Source of the DNA: Oligoflexales bacterium
GTDB taxonomy: Bacteria; Bdellovibrionota_B; Oligoflexia; Oligoflexales; CAIYRB01
NCBI GenBank assembly: GCA_041736175.1
Contig: JBGSUI010000052.1
Span: 1-52,239 of the forward strand
DNA: 52,239 nucleotides
Direction of reading: 5' to 3'
Part shown: positions 28,591 to 39,299 of the stretch, one piece after another
Position numbering within the stretch: the first letter of the stretch is position 1
How the letters are laid out: each line of letters starts with the position of its first letter
Notes under the pieces: generated by a model
What the model saw: the letters and a program-made list of their open reading frames with translations, nothing else
Database searches by the model: none
Told to the model about the DNA's origin: nothing
Program-made: the position numbers and the translations under genes

Positions 28591-29648
28591 AGGTCCTCCG
28601 CGGCTCTTTCGGTGATGGTCACTCGGTTTTTGCCGGTTCGTTTACTATTATACATAGACTCGTCAGCCACCCGAATCAGAGACTGGCGATCTTTGCCATG
28701 ATCTGGGTAGGAAGCGACCCCAATGGAACAAGTAAGGGTGGTCCATTGATTTTTATCTAATTTAAATCGGTGCTCACAGATTTTACTGCGGACTCTTTCG
28801 GCGACCATAGCGCCTTTGGAGCAGGGCGCTCCAATCAGAATGACGACAAATTCATCCCCGCCGTAACGAAAAGGAACGTCAACCTCACGTACCGCATCGC
28901 GGATGAGGAGGGCGACCTGGCGCAAAACGCTGCTGCCCGATAGGTGGCCAAACTGATCATTGATTGGTTTAAATCCGTCTAGGTCTATAAAAAGCAGAGT
29001 AAACTGGGTTTTAAATCGGTCCGCACGACGGAGTTCGCTGTTTAGGACCACATCAAAATAGCGGGTATTATAAAGACCCGTGAGGTCGTCGATATAGACG
29101 AGTTGTTCGGAGCTATGGACACGACGCATCCAGCGGGCTTCATTTTGGAGACAACGTGCTAGAAGCTCACAGACGGCACGCTGGGTTTTGTCGAAGTGAT
29201 TGCCGTCCCAGAGGACTACGGTGATCTCGTTGTCCCGGTCGCGGAAAAAGGCCGCCTGGTAGAGAATATCTCCCAGCTGAAACTGATTGATCCCCAACCA
29301 GGACTCTCCTGGTGAGTCCCCACACTCTTCGCATTCAAGATCCAGAGATCCAAGCAGTCCGCCTAGGACTTTGAGAGATTCGATCGATAGACCAGGGGTG
29401 TAGGGACCGCGGACTTGCCTTTTTCTAAGGGTGGACCATTGTCCTTCCGTGAATTCAAGGCGGACGAAATCGAGGTTTTTGACTTGGAAATTGTGGACCA
29501 GGATTTCCGAAAACTTGCGCAAGACCTGCCGTGGGGTTTTAGCATGCCATATTCCCTGAAGATATGCACTTAAGGCAGCTAAGTTTGGGTTTTCTATAGA
29601 TGGATGATTATGTTTTTCAACCACAACGGGATCCCTCCAGTTGCCCAT
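28578..29648 (-). CDS. Diguanylate cyclase (GGDEF)
   Basis: DDLTGLYN, DLDGFKPIND.FGH..G, RxxD I-site (REVD), RYGGDEF. Start taken at MGNWRD because the longer ORF overlaps pilD. Confidence 0.88.
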   Translation of the reverse strand: MGNWRDPVVVEKHNHPSIENPNLAALSAYLQGIWHAKTPRQVLRKFSEILVHNFQVKNLDFVRLEFTEGQWSTLRKRQVRGPYTPGLSIESLKVLGGLLGSLDLECEECGDSPGESWLGINQFQLGDILYQAAFFRDRDNEITVVLWDGNHFDKTQRAVCELLARCLQNEARWMRRVHSSEQLVYIDDLTGLYNTRYFDVVLNSELRRADRFKTQFTLLFIDLDGFKPINDQFGHLSGSSVLRQVALLIRDAVREVDVPFRYGGDEFVVILIGAPCSKGAMVAERVRSKICEHRFKLDKNQWTTLTCSIGVASYPDHGKDRQSLIRVADESMYNSKRTGKNRVTITERAAEDLWNR

Positions 29649-29722
29649 GGCGAGGGGGCCTCTCGACAGTCTATCATGTCCTATCAAGAAGCTATATTTC
29701 GTTTTTACGACAGGACCCCACT

Positions 29723-30616
29723 CTAAAGCCCTAGCAGCTCCGGCATAAGATTGGTCCAAAATAAATGAATCGCAGCACCAAGGGCTAAGAATGGTCCAAA
29801 GGGGAGGGCGGTTTTGAGATCCACTTTGCGGGACGCTATCAATGCTCCAATACCCACCACAGAACCCACCAAGGATCCGTAAAAGATGATGGGCAGCACA
29901 GCTTCGACCCCTAACCAGCCGCCCATGGCTGCAAGGAGTTTGACATCCCCCATTCCGAGTCCATACTCTTTGCGTACCAGCACATAAATCCACGCGATCC
30001 CATAAAAAATACCAAAGCCAGCGGCCACTCCAAACAAGGATGACTTTAAGGTCAAATCGGGATGCACCAGGGCAATCAAAGGGGAAAGGGCGATCATGGG
30101 CAGGCTGATCACATCGGGGATGATCATCAATCTGAAATCGATCACGGAACAAATCAGCAATAGGCAGAGAAAAAGGGCACCGTGGAGGGCGCGTAAAAAA
30201 TCCGCAGGATGCCACACAAGGCCACCACTGCCAGCTCCCGACGACATCATAAACGGATATTTGATATAAAGGGCTACAAAAAAGATCCCCGTTAGTAGCT
30301 CAACTAATGGATATTGAATTGATATTTTACTGTTACAGCAGCGGGCTCGTCCTCTGATAAAGAGATAACTCACCAGAGGGATATTGAGGTAAAAGGGGAT
30401 GTTGGCACCACAACTCCGGCAATAGGAGCGGGACTTCGCAAAAAACGTCCCTTCGGGAATGCGAAAGATGCAGACATTGAGGAAGCTTCCAATCACAACA
30501 CCCCAAAGCCCCGCAATCCAAGGCCAGGGGGAGGACAGGGAATTTATAAAGTTAATCAGGGAAATATCGATCATGGGGGCCAACCCTTCCGTTTTAGTCT
30601 GAATGACCGGGGTCAT
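29723..30616 (-). CDS. pilD: Prepilin peptidase (A24)
   Basis: GSFLNVCIFRIP, RS.C..C, YPLVE, G.GMGDVKL, LPFGPFLA. True start may be 30574. Confidence 0.93.
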   Translation of the reverse strand: MTPVIQTKTEGLAPMIDISLINFINSLSSPWPWIAGLWGVVIGSFLNVCIFRIPEGTFFAKSRSYCRSCGANIPFYLNIPLVSYLFIRGRARCCNSKISIQYPLVELLTGIFFVALYIKYPFMMSSGAGSGGLVWHPADFLRALHGALFLCLLLICSVIDFRLMIIPDVISLPMIALSPLIALVHPDLTLKSSLFGVAAGFGIFYGIAWIYVLVRKEYGLGMGDVKLLAAMGGWLGVEAVLPIIFYGSLVGSVVGIGALIASRKVDLKTALPFGPFLALGAAIHLFWTNLMPELLGL

Positions 30617-30862
30617 AGTGATAACACCTATTTAAGACTAGTCTATCGGTTCCAACCTTGCACTCCAAAGATCACTTGGCTTCAGGCTCACCGAGCTAAC
30701 CTCCCAAGTTAATCCAGGAAAAGTCTTCCACAAGGTTACTCCCTCACTAAACACCTTCTAAGTCTGACAAAATTAAGCTAAATTCCTCCTCCTTGGTCTT
30801 TTTGCACCAAATCAAAACAGACGCTGCCCTACTGACTGCTGATCTTAAAGAAAACAGGAGAG

Positions 30863-33376
30863 TTGCCCTTGACAAACCCCCACAAAACTCCTCCACCTTT
30901 TGACCAAAATAGGGCTGATGAGTCGTTAGAATGGTCCCAGATTCTCGAAATTCTCCGGGGTTTTTCCCAGACTGTACAGGGCCAAGAAGACGTGGTTCAG
31001 CTCCAAAGATACCGTGATCATCATGGGACCTATGAGCGCTGGCGACAGGTGGATCCCCTTAAGTCTTTAGCAAAAGATTTGTTGATAGCTCCTATCGGTC
31101 AGGTGCCTCTGATTAGCCCGCTTCTCAAGGCGGCCCAGCTCGGCCAAATCTTGGATGGTAGCGAACTACGCTCCTTGTATCTCCTGCTTGAGTCGACGCA
31201 AAGAGTCTATCAATTCACCAAAGACTTTGCAGGGCGAGCCCCAGTGCTCCTTCGGATCAAGGGCCATCTCTTGCCTCTGCCCAAACTCGCGCAGATGATC
31301 GCCCAAACCGTGGGCCCGGATGGCTCACTGCTTGATGACGCATCGCCTGAACTCACCCGGATCAGGCGCCTTAAGATGACCATTCGTCGCCGGATCGAAG
31401 AGTCCATGTCCCGTCTGATGCAAGACTTAGAAATCGCGAAATATCTTCAAGATCAGTTTTGGACGGTGCGTTCTGAGAGGTATGTGCTCCCCATCCGACT
31501 CGATGGTCGAGGGAGGGTCAGGGGTACTATTTTAGATACATCGGACAGTGGACAAACATTGTTTATTGAACCGGCCTCGGTAGCTCCGGTCAATGACCAG
31601 CTTTTGGAAATGGATATCGAAGAAAAGTTAGAGATCGCCAGAATCTTTCGGGAGCTTTCCCTGGCCATTGCGCAGGATGCGGAGACTCTTGGCGGCAACT
31701 ACCAAGTGCTCCTCCAGCTTGATCTTATGACAGCCGAAGCACGGCTTGCCGCGGATATCGATGCAGGTCCCGTGATGCTGGTGGATCACCCCGCCCTTCA
31801 CCTCGTGGATGCCCGTCACCCTTTGATACGCCGCAGTTCGGGGAGAACCCCCATAGGCAATACCATCAACCTTTCAGGAGACCAATCGTCTCTGATTGTT
31901 TCGGGTCCTAATGCAGGGGGAAAGACCGTCATCTTAAAGACGGTGGGACTACTTCATAAAATGCTTGGGGCAGGTCTGCTGATTCCAGCCGACCCAACAT
32001 CCAAGATGTATCTCTTTGATAGGATCTTTGTGGAAATGGGGGATCACCAGGACCTCGCCCACAATCTATCGACCTTTTCAGGCCACCTAATGGGTCTTAA
32101 ACCTATTATCGATAGCGCCACCCAAAAAGATCTTGTGTTGCTCGATGAGCTTGCGGTCGGCACCGACCCGGAAACAGGTGCAGCTTTTGCAGCAGCACTG
32201 CTCGAAGATTTTGCAGATCGCAAGGTGATGACTCTGGCCACGACTCATTTTGATGCCTTGAAGGGACTTGCCCTCAAAGATCCGCGGTTTCGCAATGGCT
32301 CCATGGAATTTAGCCTCCAAAATCTAAGGCCGACCTATCGCCTGATTCTGGATGTTCCTGGCCAAAGTTACGGGCTTGAAGTGGCGGAACAGATTGGTCT
32401 TCCGCAGCGGATACTGGAGAGTGCGAAAAAAAATAAGCAGGGAGGTGCATCGGACCTCAACAGAGCTGTGAGTGACTTAATGTTAGCCCGGGATCAAGCT
32501 CGTAACGAAAAAGCTTTGGTGGAACAAGAGCGAGTCCGACTGGAAGGCGAGCGTCTTAGGTGGGAGCAAGAAATCGCCCTGCTCAAAGAAAACCGTCATA
32601 AAGTAGCCTCCCAGTTAAAAGATCAGTACGAGAGCCAGTTTGCTGGGATGAGGCGTGAGTTTGAAGAGGTTATGAAAACCCTTCGCAGGCAGACCGAGCG
32701 GGGCGAGCAGGGCGAACCGTCTCAGGTTGTCAAAGAGTCCAGACAGCAAGCTGAACAGTCCCTTAAAAAGATGTCAGGCTCCTTAAGCCAGCTCAATCAA
32801 GATTACGAATCCACCGTCAAACTCCCTGGAGAATCCGTCGAAGGGACGGTCCTCAAAGAGGGAGAAAGTGTTTATGTCTTGCCCCTTAAAAAACAGGGTG
32901 CGGTGCTGAAAATGATCGATCACCAATCGGCAGAAGTCAAAGTTGGTGTGATCAAGCTGCGGGTGCCCCTTCGGGATTTAAGGCGGCTTAGTCCAGGTGA
33001 GACTCCTCCTGCCTTAAGGGCAAACAAAAAAGTCTCCGGGCCAGCGCCGTCCCGTCCGCAAACTCCATCATCTCATGTCGCGGGTCGAAATGGACCCACC
33101 GATCCCATTCCCTTTGTAGTCCAAACCCACCTCAATACCCTTGATCTAAGGGGGATGGCTGGTGACGAGGCCCAGCGGCAAGTGATGGACTACCTTGACC
33201 GCGCACTCCTGCGGGGCGAGGAGTTTGTAATCTTACTTCATGGTCATGGCGAGGGTGTGTTAAAAATACGGACCAGGGAAGCTCTTAAGGTAGACTGTCC
33301 CTACGATATCGACTTCCGCCCTGGGCTCGATCAGGAGGGTGGTGATGGTGTCACTGTGGTGAGGCTGCATCGATGA
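30863..33376 (+). CDS. mutS2: Endonuclease MutS2
   Basis: SGQTLFIEP, GPNAGGKT, LSTFSGH, LDEL..GTDP, TTH, coiled coil, C-terminal Smr domain (LDLRG...HGHG.G.L). Confidence 0.95.
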   Translation: MPLTNPHKTPPPFDQNRADESLEWSQILEILRGFSQTVQGQEDVVQLQRYRDHHGTYERWRQVDPLKSLAKDLLIAPIGQVPLISPLLKAAQLGQILDGSELRSLYLLLESTQRVYQFTKDFAGRAPVLLRIKGHLLPLPKLAQMIAQTVGPDGSLLDDASPELTRIRRLKMTIRRRIEESMSRLMQDLEIAKYLQDQFWTVRSERYVLPIRLDGRGRVRGTILDTSDSGQTLFIEPASVAPVNDQLLEMDIEEKLEIARIFRELSLAIAQDAETLGGNYQVLLQLDLMTAEARLAADIDAGPVMLVDHPALHLVDARHPLIRRSSGRTPIGNTINLSGDQSSLIVSGPNAGGKTVILKTVGLLHKMLGAGLLIPADPTSKMYLFDRIFVEMGDHQDLAHNLSTFSGHLMGLKPIIDSATQKDLVLLDELAVGTDPETGAAFAAALLEDFADRKVMTLATTHFDALKGLALKDPRFRNGSMEFSLQNLRPTYRLILDVPGQSYGLEVAEQIGLPQRILESAKKNKQGGASDLNRAVSDLMLARDQARNEKALVEQERVRLEGERLRWEQEIALLKENRHKVASQLKDQYESQFAGMRREFEEVMKTLRRQTERGEQGEPSQVVKESRQQAEQSLKKMSGSLSQLNQDYESTVKLPGESVEGTVLKEGESVYVLPLKKQGAVLKMIDHQSAEVKVGVIKLRVPLRDLRRLSPGETPPALRANKKVSGPAPSRPQTPSSHVAGRNGPTDPIPFVVQTHLNTLDLRGMAGDEAQRQVMDYLDRALLRGEEFVILLHGHGEGVLKIRTREALKVDCPYDIDFRPGLDQEGGDGVTVVRLHR

Positions 33377-33404
33377 CTTAGATCAAATCAAGGAGGGATG
33401 ACCT

Positions 33405-35852
33405 ATGACGAAACGGGCAACAGCTTTGAGTCCCGAAGAAATCCTCGCCGATTATCAGACGTCATTTATCAGCCGCCAAGTATCTCTCTTAAGTCGTAAG
33501 GAGGTTTTGTCGGGCAAAGCAAAGTTTGGGATCTTTGGAGATGGCAAAGAGGTGGTCCAAGTGGCCCTAGCTCGATGCCTGCAAAAGGGTGATTGGCGCA
33601 GCGGCTATTATCGCGACCAGACCATTATGCTGGCGCTCAAAGAGGTGACGGTCAAACAACTCTTTGCCCAGGTCTATGCCGATAGCGATGTAAGCCGAGA
33701 ACCCATGAGTGGCGGGAGGCAAATGAATGCTCATTTTGCCACGAGGCTTGTTGATGCCGAGGGCCACTGGAAATCCCAACTCACCCAGCACAACACGGCC
33801 GCCGATCTTTCGCCCACAGCAGGCCAGATGGGCCGGCTGGTGGGTCTTGGCTATGCTTCCAAACTTTACCGATTAAACCCTGGACTTCATGGGTTCACTC
33901 AGTTTTCCCGCCAAGGCCAAGAGATTGCCTACGGGACCATCGGTAATGCCTCTACCGCAGAAGGCATTTTTTGGGAAAGCCTCAATGCCTGTGGCGTGCT
34001 TCAGGTGCCCGTGGCGATAATGGTCTGGGATGACGACTATGGAATCTCAGTGCCCAACCGCTATCAGATGACCAAAGAGTCCATCTCGGAGATCCTGGCG
34101 GGATTTGCCCCTGAGGGAAATAAACCAGGGATTGATATCTACAAGGTCTGTGGCTGGGACTATAGCTCTCTCTACCAATCCTTTGCAAAGGGCATTGCTA
34201 AAATCAGAGAACACCATGCTCCCGCTCTTTTTCATGTGACAGAATTGACCCAACCCCAAGGCCACTCCACCAGTGGAAGCCACGAGCGGTATAAATCTAA
34301 AGAACGGCTAGCCTATGAAGCTGAATTCGATTGCCTCAAAAAAATGCGCGACTGGATCCTATCATCTGCGTTGATCAGTGAGCGGGATCTTGAAAAAAGC
34401 GAACGTCAATGGATGGATGAGGTCAAAATCCAAAGAGACCAGGCTTGGGATGAGTACCAAACGCCGATCCTCCAGGAGGCAGCTGCATTTAAAATTAAGC
34501 TAAAAGAGTTAGCAAAGGTACTGGCCGACCAAGCCCAACAAGGGTCACTGGCTCCGGCTAAACAACAAGAAAAACTCCAATCCATGATAGGGCTCCTCAA
34601 GGAGGCCGAAACCGACCTCCGAGGAGTCGGCGCGGCCTTACGACGGCAGATCGCCCAGACCTTGCGTCGTCTCAGTGTGCGGCTCCTTCCCATCAACCCC
34701 CAGTGGACCCACGACCTAAGGCAGTCGACAGCACGTTATCTTGAGGCCGGTCAAAGCCGGTATCGATCCCATTTGACCAACGAGTCCTTGCGATCGTCCC
34801 TCAATTCAATAGCCATCCCAGCAGAGTACGGAGAGACACCCGAAATGCTGGCTGGTCATGAGATTATGCAGCGCTTTTTTGATGATGCCCTCAGTCGGGA
34901 CCCACGGATTTTTATTATAGGTGAGGATGTGGGGGTGCTGGGGGATGTGAACCAAAACTTCAAGGGACTTCACGAAAAATTTGGAGAGCTTCGCATCACG
35001 GATACCGGGATTCGGGAGGCAACGATTTTAGGTCAGGGGATTGGAGCGGCCTTAAGGGGACTACGCCCTATCGTCGATATCCAATACCTCGACTATATGC
35101 TTTATTGTTTTCAGCTCTTGTCTGATGATTTAGCAAGTCTGCACTACCGGAGTGCAGGAGGACAGGTTGCGCCGGTGATCCTACGGACCAAAGGTCATCG
35201 TTTAGAAGGGATCTGGCACAGCGGATCACCCCTTGGCACCTTGATCAATGGTTTGCGAGGAGTTTACCTGGCTGTGCCCCGTAACTTTGTCCAAGCCGCA
35301 GGAATCTACCGGACCCTTATGGATGGGGATGATCCTGCCATTGTGATCGAGGTGCTCAATAGCTACCGACTTAAAGAGCCGGTCCCGAAAAACCTTGGGA
35401 CCTTTAGGGTGCCCCTTGGAATGCCTGAAGTCTTACGACCCGGCAGCGATCTAACCATTGTCACCTATGGTGCCTGTGTCCGCATCGCCCTGGATGCTGC
35501 TGAATGGGTGCAGTCCTTGGGGATTGAGGTTGAAGTGATCGATGTTCAGACTCTCTTGCCCTTTGACTTACATGGGATGATCTTGAGGTCTATCCAAAAA
35601 ACCCACGCTGTGTTGTTTATGGACGAGGATGTCCCTGGAGGGGCGACCGCCTATATGCTGCAGCAGGTCCTAGAGGTCCAAAAAGGCTTTGATTTTATGG
35701 AGATACCTCCTCAAACCCTGACTGCTCCCGCCAACCGACCGGCCTATGGCTCCGATGGGGATTATTTTTGTAAGCCGACCGCTGATGACCTGATCGAAAA
35801 AATTTATGATATGATGAGAGAACGACTTCCGCAGCAATTTCCGGCGCGTTAA
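33405..35852 (+). CDS. 2-oxoacid (branched-chain type) dehydrogenase E1, fused alpha/beta
   Basis: GKAKFGIFGDGKE, GYYRDQT, GHSTSGSHERYK, GEDVG..GDVNQ, DTGIREATI, DEDVPGG. Confidence 0.92.
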   Translation: MTKRATALSPEEILADYQTSFISRQVSLLSRKEVLSGKAKFGIFGDGKEVVQVALARCLQKGDWRSGYYRDQTIMLALKEVTVKQLFAQVYADSDVSREPMSGGRQMNAHFATRLVDAEGHWKSQLTQHNTAADLSPTAGQMGRLVGLGYASKLYRLNPGLHGFTQFSRQGQEIAYGTIGNASTAEGIFWESLNACGVLQVPVAIMVWDDDYGISVPNRYQMTKESISEILAGFAPEGNKPGIDIYKVCGWDYSSLYQSFAKGIAKIREHHAPALFHVTELTQPQGHSTSGSHERYKSKERLAYEAEFDCLKKMRDWILSSALISERDLEKSERQWMDEVKIQRDQAWDEYQTPILQEAAAFKIKLKELAKVLADQAQQGSLAPAKQQEKLQSMIGLLKEAETDLRGVGAALRRQIAQTLRRLSVRLLPINPQWTHDLRQSTARYLEAGQSRYRSHLTNESLRSSLNSIAIPAEYGETPEMLAGHEIMQRFFDDALSRDPRIFIIGEDVGVLGDVNQNFKGLHEKFGELRITDTGIREATILGQGIGAALRGLRPIVDIQYLDYMLYCFQLLSDDLASLHYRSAGGQVAPVILRTKGHRLEGIWHSGSPLGTLINGLRGVYLAVPRNFVQAAGIYRTLMDGDDPAIVIEVLNSYRLKEPVPKNLGTFRVPLGMPEVLRPGSDLTIVTYGACVRIALDAAEWVQSLGIEVEVIDVQTLLPFDLHGMILRSIQKTHAVLFMDEDVPGGATAYMLQQVLEVQKGFDFMEIPPQTLTAPANRPAYGSDGDYFCKPTADDLIEKIYDMMRERLPQQFPAR

Positions 35853-35890
35853 GGGTTGCAGGCTCAGGCACGACTTACGGAGGGGCCCTG

Positions 35891-36991
35891 TTGGCAGACC
35901 AATCGACAGCTCAATATTGGTCCCATAGTCTTGATTGCTTTGGGACTGAATCCAGTTTGAGTCCCCGAGAGCGGGAGATCCTAAGGGCAATGATTTCGGA
36001 GATTACTCAATCCGATGATATCGCTTTGCAGCTTGGGATCAGCACCCATACAGTGAACAACCACTTAAAAAACATTTTCGAAAAGACAAAATCCAAATCA
36101 AAGACGGATGTATTAGCTAAGTTCCTAAGATTTTCGACTCAGCTTTTGATGAACTCCCAAACCCCCGTCACCTTACAACGACCGGTGCAAATTCTTTTTT
36201 TAGCAGCGACTCCTGACCACGGAGCTGAGGTCGCAGGGGAGTTGCAAAAACTTGGTGCTAACACCGTCTGGTCAAGCCGTCCTCTTGTAGAGGGGGTTCA
36301 CTCACTCCTTGAAGTGGACTGGGTGGTCAAACCCCTTGAGTCTGTGAGAGATCTAGAGGTCGATGATCTGGTGAGCCTGCGTCGAAGTCACAATCTCTGT
36401 ATCCAGCTCAACAAAAAACAATATGATGTGGACTTAGACATCAAGCAAAACCCTTTAGCGCCCGAACTCTTTGCGTTGGGCTGTGTTGGAATCCTAGACC
36501 TTGACCAGCCTGCGTATATGCTAGCAGGTGAGATTGCCAAAACGATCCAAAGTTTCTCCCACCACTCTATAAAAGCGGGTTTGGAGCGGCAGGAAGGCCA
36601 GATAAACGCTGCCTACCATTTAGGTCCCGTTACGATTCAACGTGAAAATCTCGGCAGCCATGGATTTTACCTGAGTCTCAATGATATCGGCAAAAACAAG
36701 CTTTCTTGGCAGGTCGGTGATCTGGTCTCTATCGACCTAGGCCTTCCAGAAATTTCTGGTGATCCCATTCAACTAGTAGCCCGCATTGCGTGGCGCCGCC
36801 TAAGCAATGACTTAGGACGTCGTCCAGGGATGGGTTTTTGGATTGAAAGTTTTGCGTCGGTCGAAGACCGTAGTTGGTATTTTCAATCAGCCTTTGAGTC
36901 TCAGGTCCTTTGGGCGATCCCACCCGCGACGGACCAATTTGAGCTAGCGGATGAACATAGAAAACAGATGAGATACCCTGCTGGTGCCTAG
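35891..36991 (+). CDS. LuxR-type HTH regulator with C-terminal PilZ-like domain
   Basis: LSPREREIL...IA.QLGIS.HTVNNHLKNIFEK; C-terminal LVARIAWRR...PGMGF. Confidence 0.7.
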   Translation: MADQSTAQYWSHSLDCFGTESSLSPREREILRAMISEITQSDDIALQLGISTHTVNNHLKNIFEKTKSKSKTDVLAKFLRFSTQLLMNSQTPVTLQRPVQILFLAATPDHGAEVAGELQKLGANTVWSSRPLVEGVHSLLEVDWVVKPLESVRDLEVDDLVSLRRSHNLCIQLNKKQYDVDLDIKQNPLAPELFALGCVGILDLDQPAYMLAGEIAKTIQSFSHHSIKAGLERQEGQINAAYHLGPVTIQRENLGSHGFYLSLNDIGKNKLSWQVGDLVSIDLGLPEISGDPIQLVARIAWRRLSNDLGRRPGMGFWIESFASVEDRSWYFQSAFESQVLWAIPPATDQFELADEHRKQMRYPAGA

Positions 36992-36999
36992 CTAACGTT

Positions 37000-38310
37000 T
37001 TAAAGTTTGATAGTCAGCCCACCCGGAATAAATATCTTTTTTTGGTAGAAGGCCCCTGGCTGTTCTCCGGATTGGTCGACCCCAAGGCTTCCTTCTTTAA
37101 AACCAATGCCACCATGAACGGTGAGGGTATAGAATTTGGAGGGGCCTTTGCCCGTCCTGTCTGATTTAGAGATCGTACGGGGAAAAGACATAAACTGAAA
37201 CCCCACACCGACTTGGGTGTAGGGAGTGAGGGACCCAAGTCCTACAAAAACCTGCGCCAGATCTAGAGTGCCAAATCCAGCGGTTCCCTCATCTGTCGGT
37301 GTGGACAAGCTTCCTGGACCCACGGACGCGGGTTCGTAGCGAAATCCTCCGACGCCATTGATCCGCTCGGAGAGTTGGAGTAGAGCTCCGCCGCTGATCC
37401 CGACCGTGTCATAGACCTCTTTGGTTTTGGGTTTGAGTTCAGGGATAGAGAAGACTTCGACGCCTTGGATGGCCCTGGTATAACGTATATCTCCCAAAAT
37501 TTTCAGCCTTGCAAAACCCGCATAAAACCCAGCGGTGATTTGGCTTAAGGGTACCGTTTGGTTGGTCCCTGAGGGACTGGCGTTGCGGGCATCATCGGTT
37601 GGGAAAAGTGGTGAATCCAATTCTGTGGTCTCTTCGTGGATTTGGAAAGCGGTCACTCCAGCGCCGACACCAAACCGACCAGGAACCAACTCCAACCTAA
37701 ATCCAAACTGACCATTGATATCGGAAATCTTGCCTTGGGCCGTGGCAAGGGCTGGTCCACCTTCGGAGGGGGTAAGGATGGCCGTAAACGATATGGACCT
37801 GATACTACCACCTATCCCAAGGCTTAGCCTTTCACTGATCCGGTAGGAGGTCGAGAAGCCACCCAGGAACTCTGCAGTGCCTTTGGCATTGATATCTACG
37901 AAATTGGTTTGACCGAGAATCAGGACAGGGATTCGGTTGACGTTGACATCCACGGCGATTCCGGGAGGGATCGCGTATCCACCTAACGACAGATTTGGAG
38001 TGAGTTTGATGACTCCAACCGGTGGAGAGGCTCCAGCGATGGAGCCCAGCCCTGTTTTGCTATCAACCACTGGTTCGCCACCAGGGTATCTTATATAGAG
38101 GGTTTCGTTACGGTACAGTTCAAAAGACCCAGTCCCTTGGGTTCTGTCTAGAAAAGCCCCATTGGCTGGGTTGATCAGTGTGGCGTCGGCAGTGGCCAAA
38201 GCTGCTCCCGCATCTCCTAGCATTGGGTCTGCGAATCCCTTTGATAAGGGAATTAAGCCTACAACGACTGTAGTGAAAAGATGTCCTACCACATATCTTT
38301 TCAAGGCCAC
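37000..38310 (-). CDS. Putative outer-membrane beta-barrel (FadL/TodX-like)
   Basis: Signal peptide; DATLINPA resembles the FadL NPA motif; Gly/aromatic amphipathic strands. Confidence 0.55.
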   Translation of the reverse strand: MALKRYVVGHLFTTVVVGLIPLSKGFADPMLGDAGAALATADATLINPANGAFLDRTQGTGSFELYRNETLYIRYPGGEPVVDSKTGLGSIAGASPPVGVIKLTPNLSLGGYAIPPGIAVDVNVNRIPVLILGQTNFVDINAKGTAEFLGGFSTSYRISERLSLGIGGSIRSISFTAILTPSEGGPALATAQGKISDINGQFGFRLELVPGRFGVGAGVTAFQIHEETTELDSPLFPTDDARNASPSGTNQTVPLSQITAGFYAGFARLKILGDIRYTRAIQGVEVFSIPELKPKTKEVYDTVGISGGALLQLSERINGVGGFRYEPASVGPGSLSTPTDEGTAGFGTLDLAQVFVGLGSLTPYTQVGVGFQFMSFPRTISKSDRTGKGPSKFYTLTVHGGIGFKEGSLGVDQSGEQPGAFYQKKIFIPGGLTIKL

Positions 38311-38408
38311 AAACCATCTCCCTTTTTAATCCTACTACCTAGTGGACCATTGTAGGATTAAGGATATCACGGTAGGGCCGTTGAGGGAAAACAGTTTGGG
38401 AACAAATT

Positions 38409-39299
38409 TTAGTTTGTTTTATGCTTTTTCACAACAAGACTGACTTCGAGATCCCCAACCAAGGAACCTACTCCGCCCTCTTGTCCATCTTCTTGGAGAA
38501 AGCCAGTTAAGTCACCTGTGATATTGATCTGTGGGATCATGATCGGCCGGGTGTTGAACAACCATTCGATCTTTTTAAAAAGGAGTCCATTTTGGGGAGG
38601 TATCCCTTCAAATCCCTTGGTGGTGATTTGCCAATGGAGAATGTTGGTAAAGGGTTCACTGAGATACTTGTTTGAGTAAGTAGTTTTAGGATTGAGGACT
38701 TCGATAACAAATGACCCCTTAGCACTGAGTTGTTTGCCCGAGGTAAAGTCTTTGGAGACCACCGCATGGTCGGTCACAGATTTGAATTTTTCGAAAATTT
38801 TGGTGTCTTGAACAATCGGGCCTAACAAGACTGGTCTTGGCGGGGTAAAATCCGCTCCCGCAATAGACTTTATAGAGATATACTTGCCGTTGCTTTCGAT
38901 GCTATTGGACAAGGATCCCGACCCGACGGAGGCGAGGATTCCGGCGAGGTCGATTTTGAGACTTAAACATCTCACTTCGGTTGCAGGAAATTTAATCGAA
39001 AAATCCGACATGATTTGAAGGGACACTTCCCCTTCGCAGAGTTGCGCCCCAGACTGGGATTTCACGCGGATTCCATAGGTTGCCGAGGCGACCTCTTCTG
39101 GCGTCGACGAAGTAGCTCCGAGTCCTCGACCTTCTTTGCCGGTGAGGAGTTCGGGGTTTGGTTTTTGTTGGGATGAACCTGCCTTAAAGACCGATTCTTC
39201 TGCGCTTTCGCATGAAATGAAAGTAAAGTAGAGAGAGATTGCCGATACGGCTAATCCTAATGACCTTCGAAATAGGTTTTGATTAATTAAGGAATCCAT
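38409..39299 (-). CDS. Hypothetical lipoprotein (paralog of 40179-41234)
   Basis: FISC lipobox-like; shares LC.G, F.PPRP and GF.GI motifs with the upstream paralog. Confidence 0.7.
   Translation of the reverse strand: MDSLINQNLFRRSLGLAVSAISLYFTFISCESAEESVFKAGSSQQKPNPELLTGKEGRGLGATSSTPEEVASATYGIRVKSQSGAQLCEGEVSLQIMSDFSIKFPATEVRCLSLKIDLAGILASVGSGSLSNSIESNGKYISIKSIAGADFTPPRPVLLGPIVQDTKIFEKFKSVTDHAVVSKDFTSGKQLSAKGSFVIEVLNPKTTYSNKYLSEPFTNILHWQITTKGFEGIPPQNGLLFKKIEWLFNTRPIMIPQINITGDLTGFLQEDGQEGGVGSLVGDLEVSLVVKKHKTN

Noticed and set aside
29649..30215. N-terminal extension of the GGDEF ORF to 545 aa
   Set aside because: Out-of-frame overlap with pilD on the same strand.
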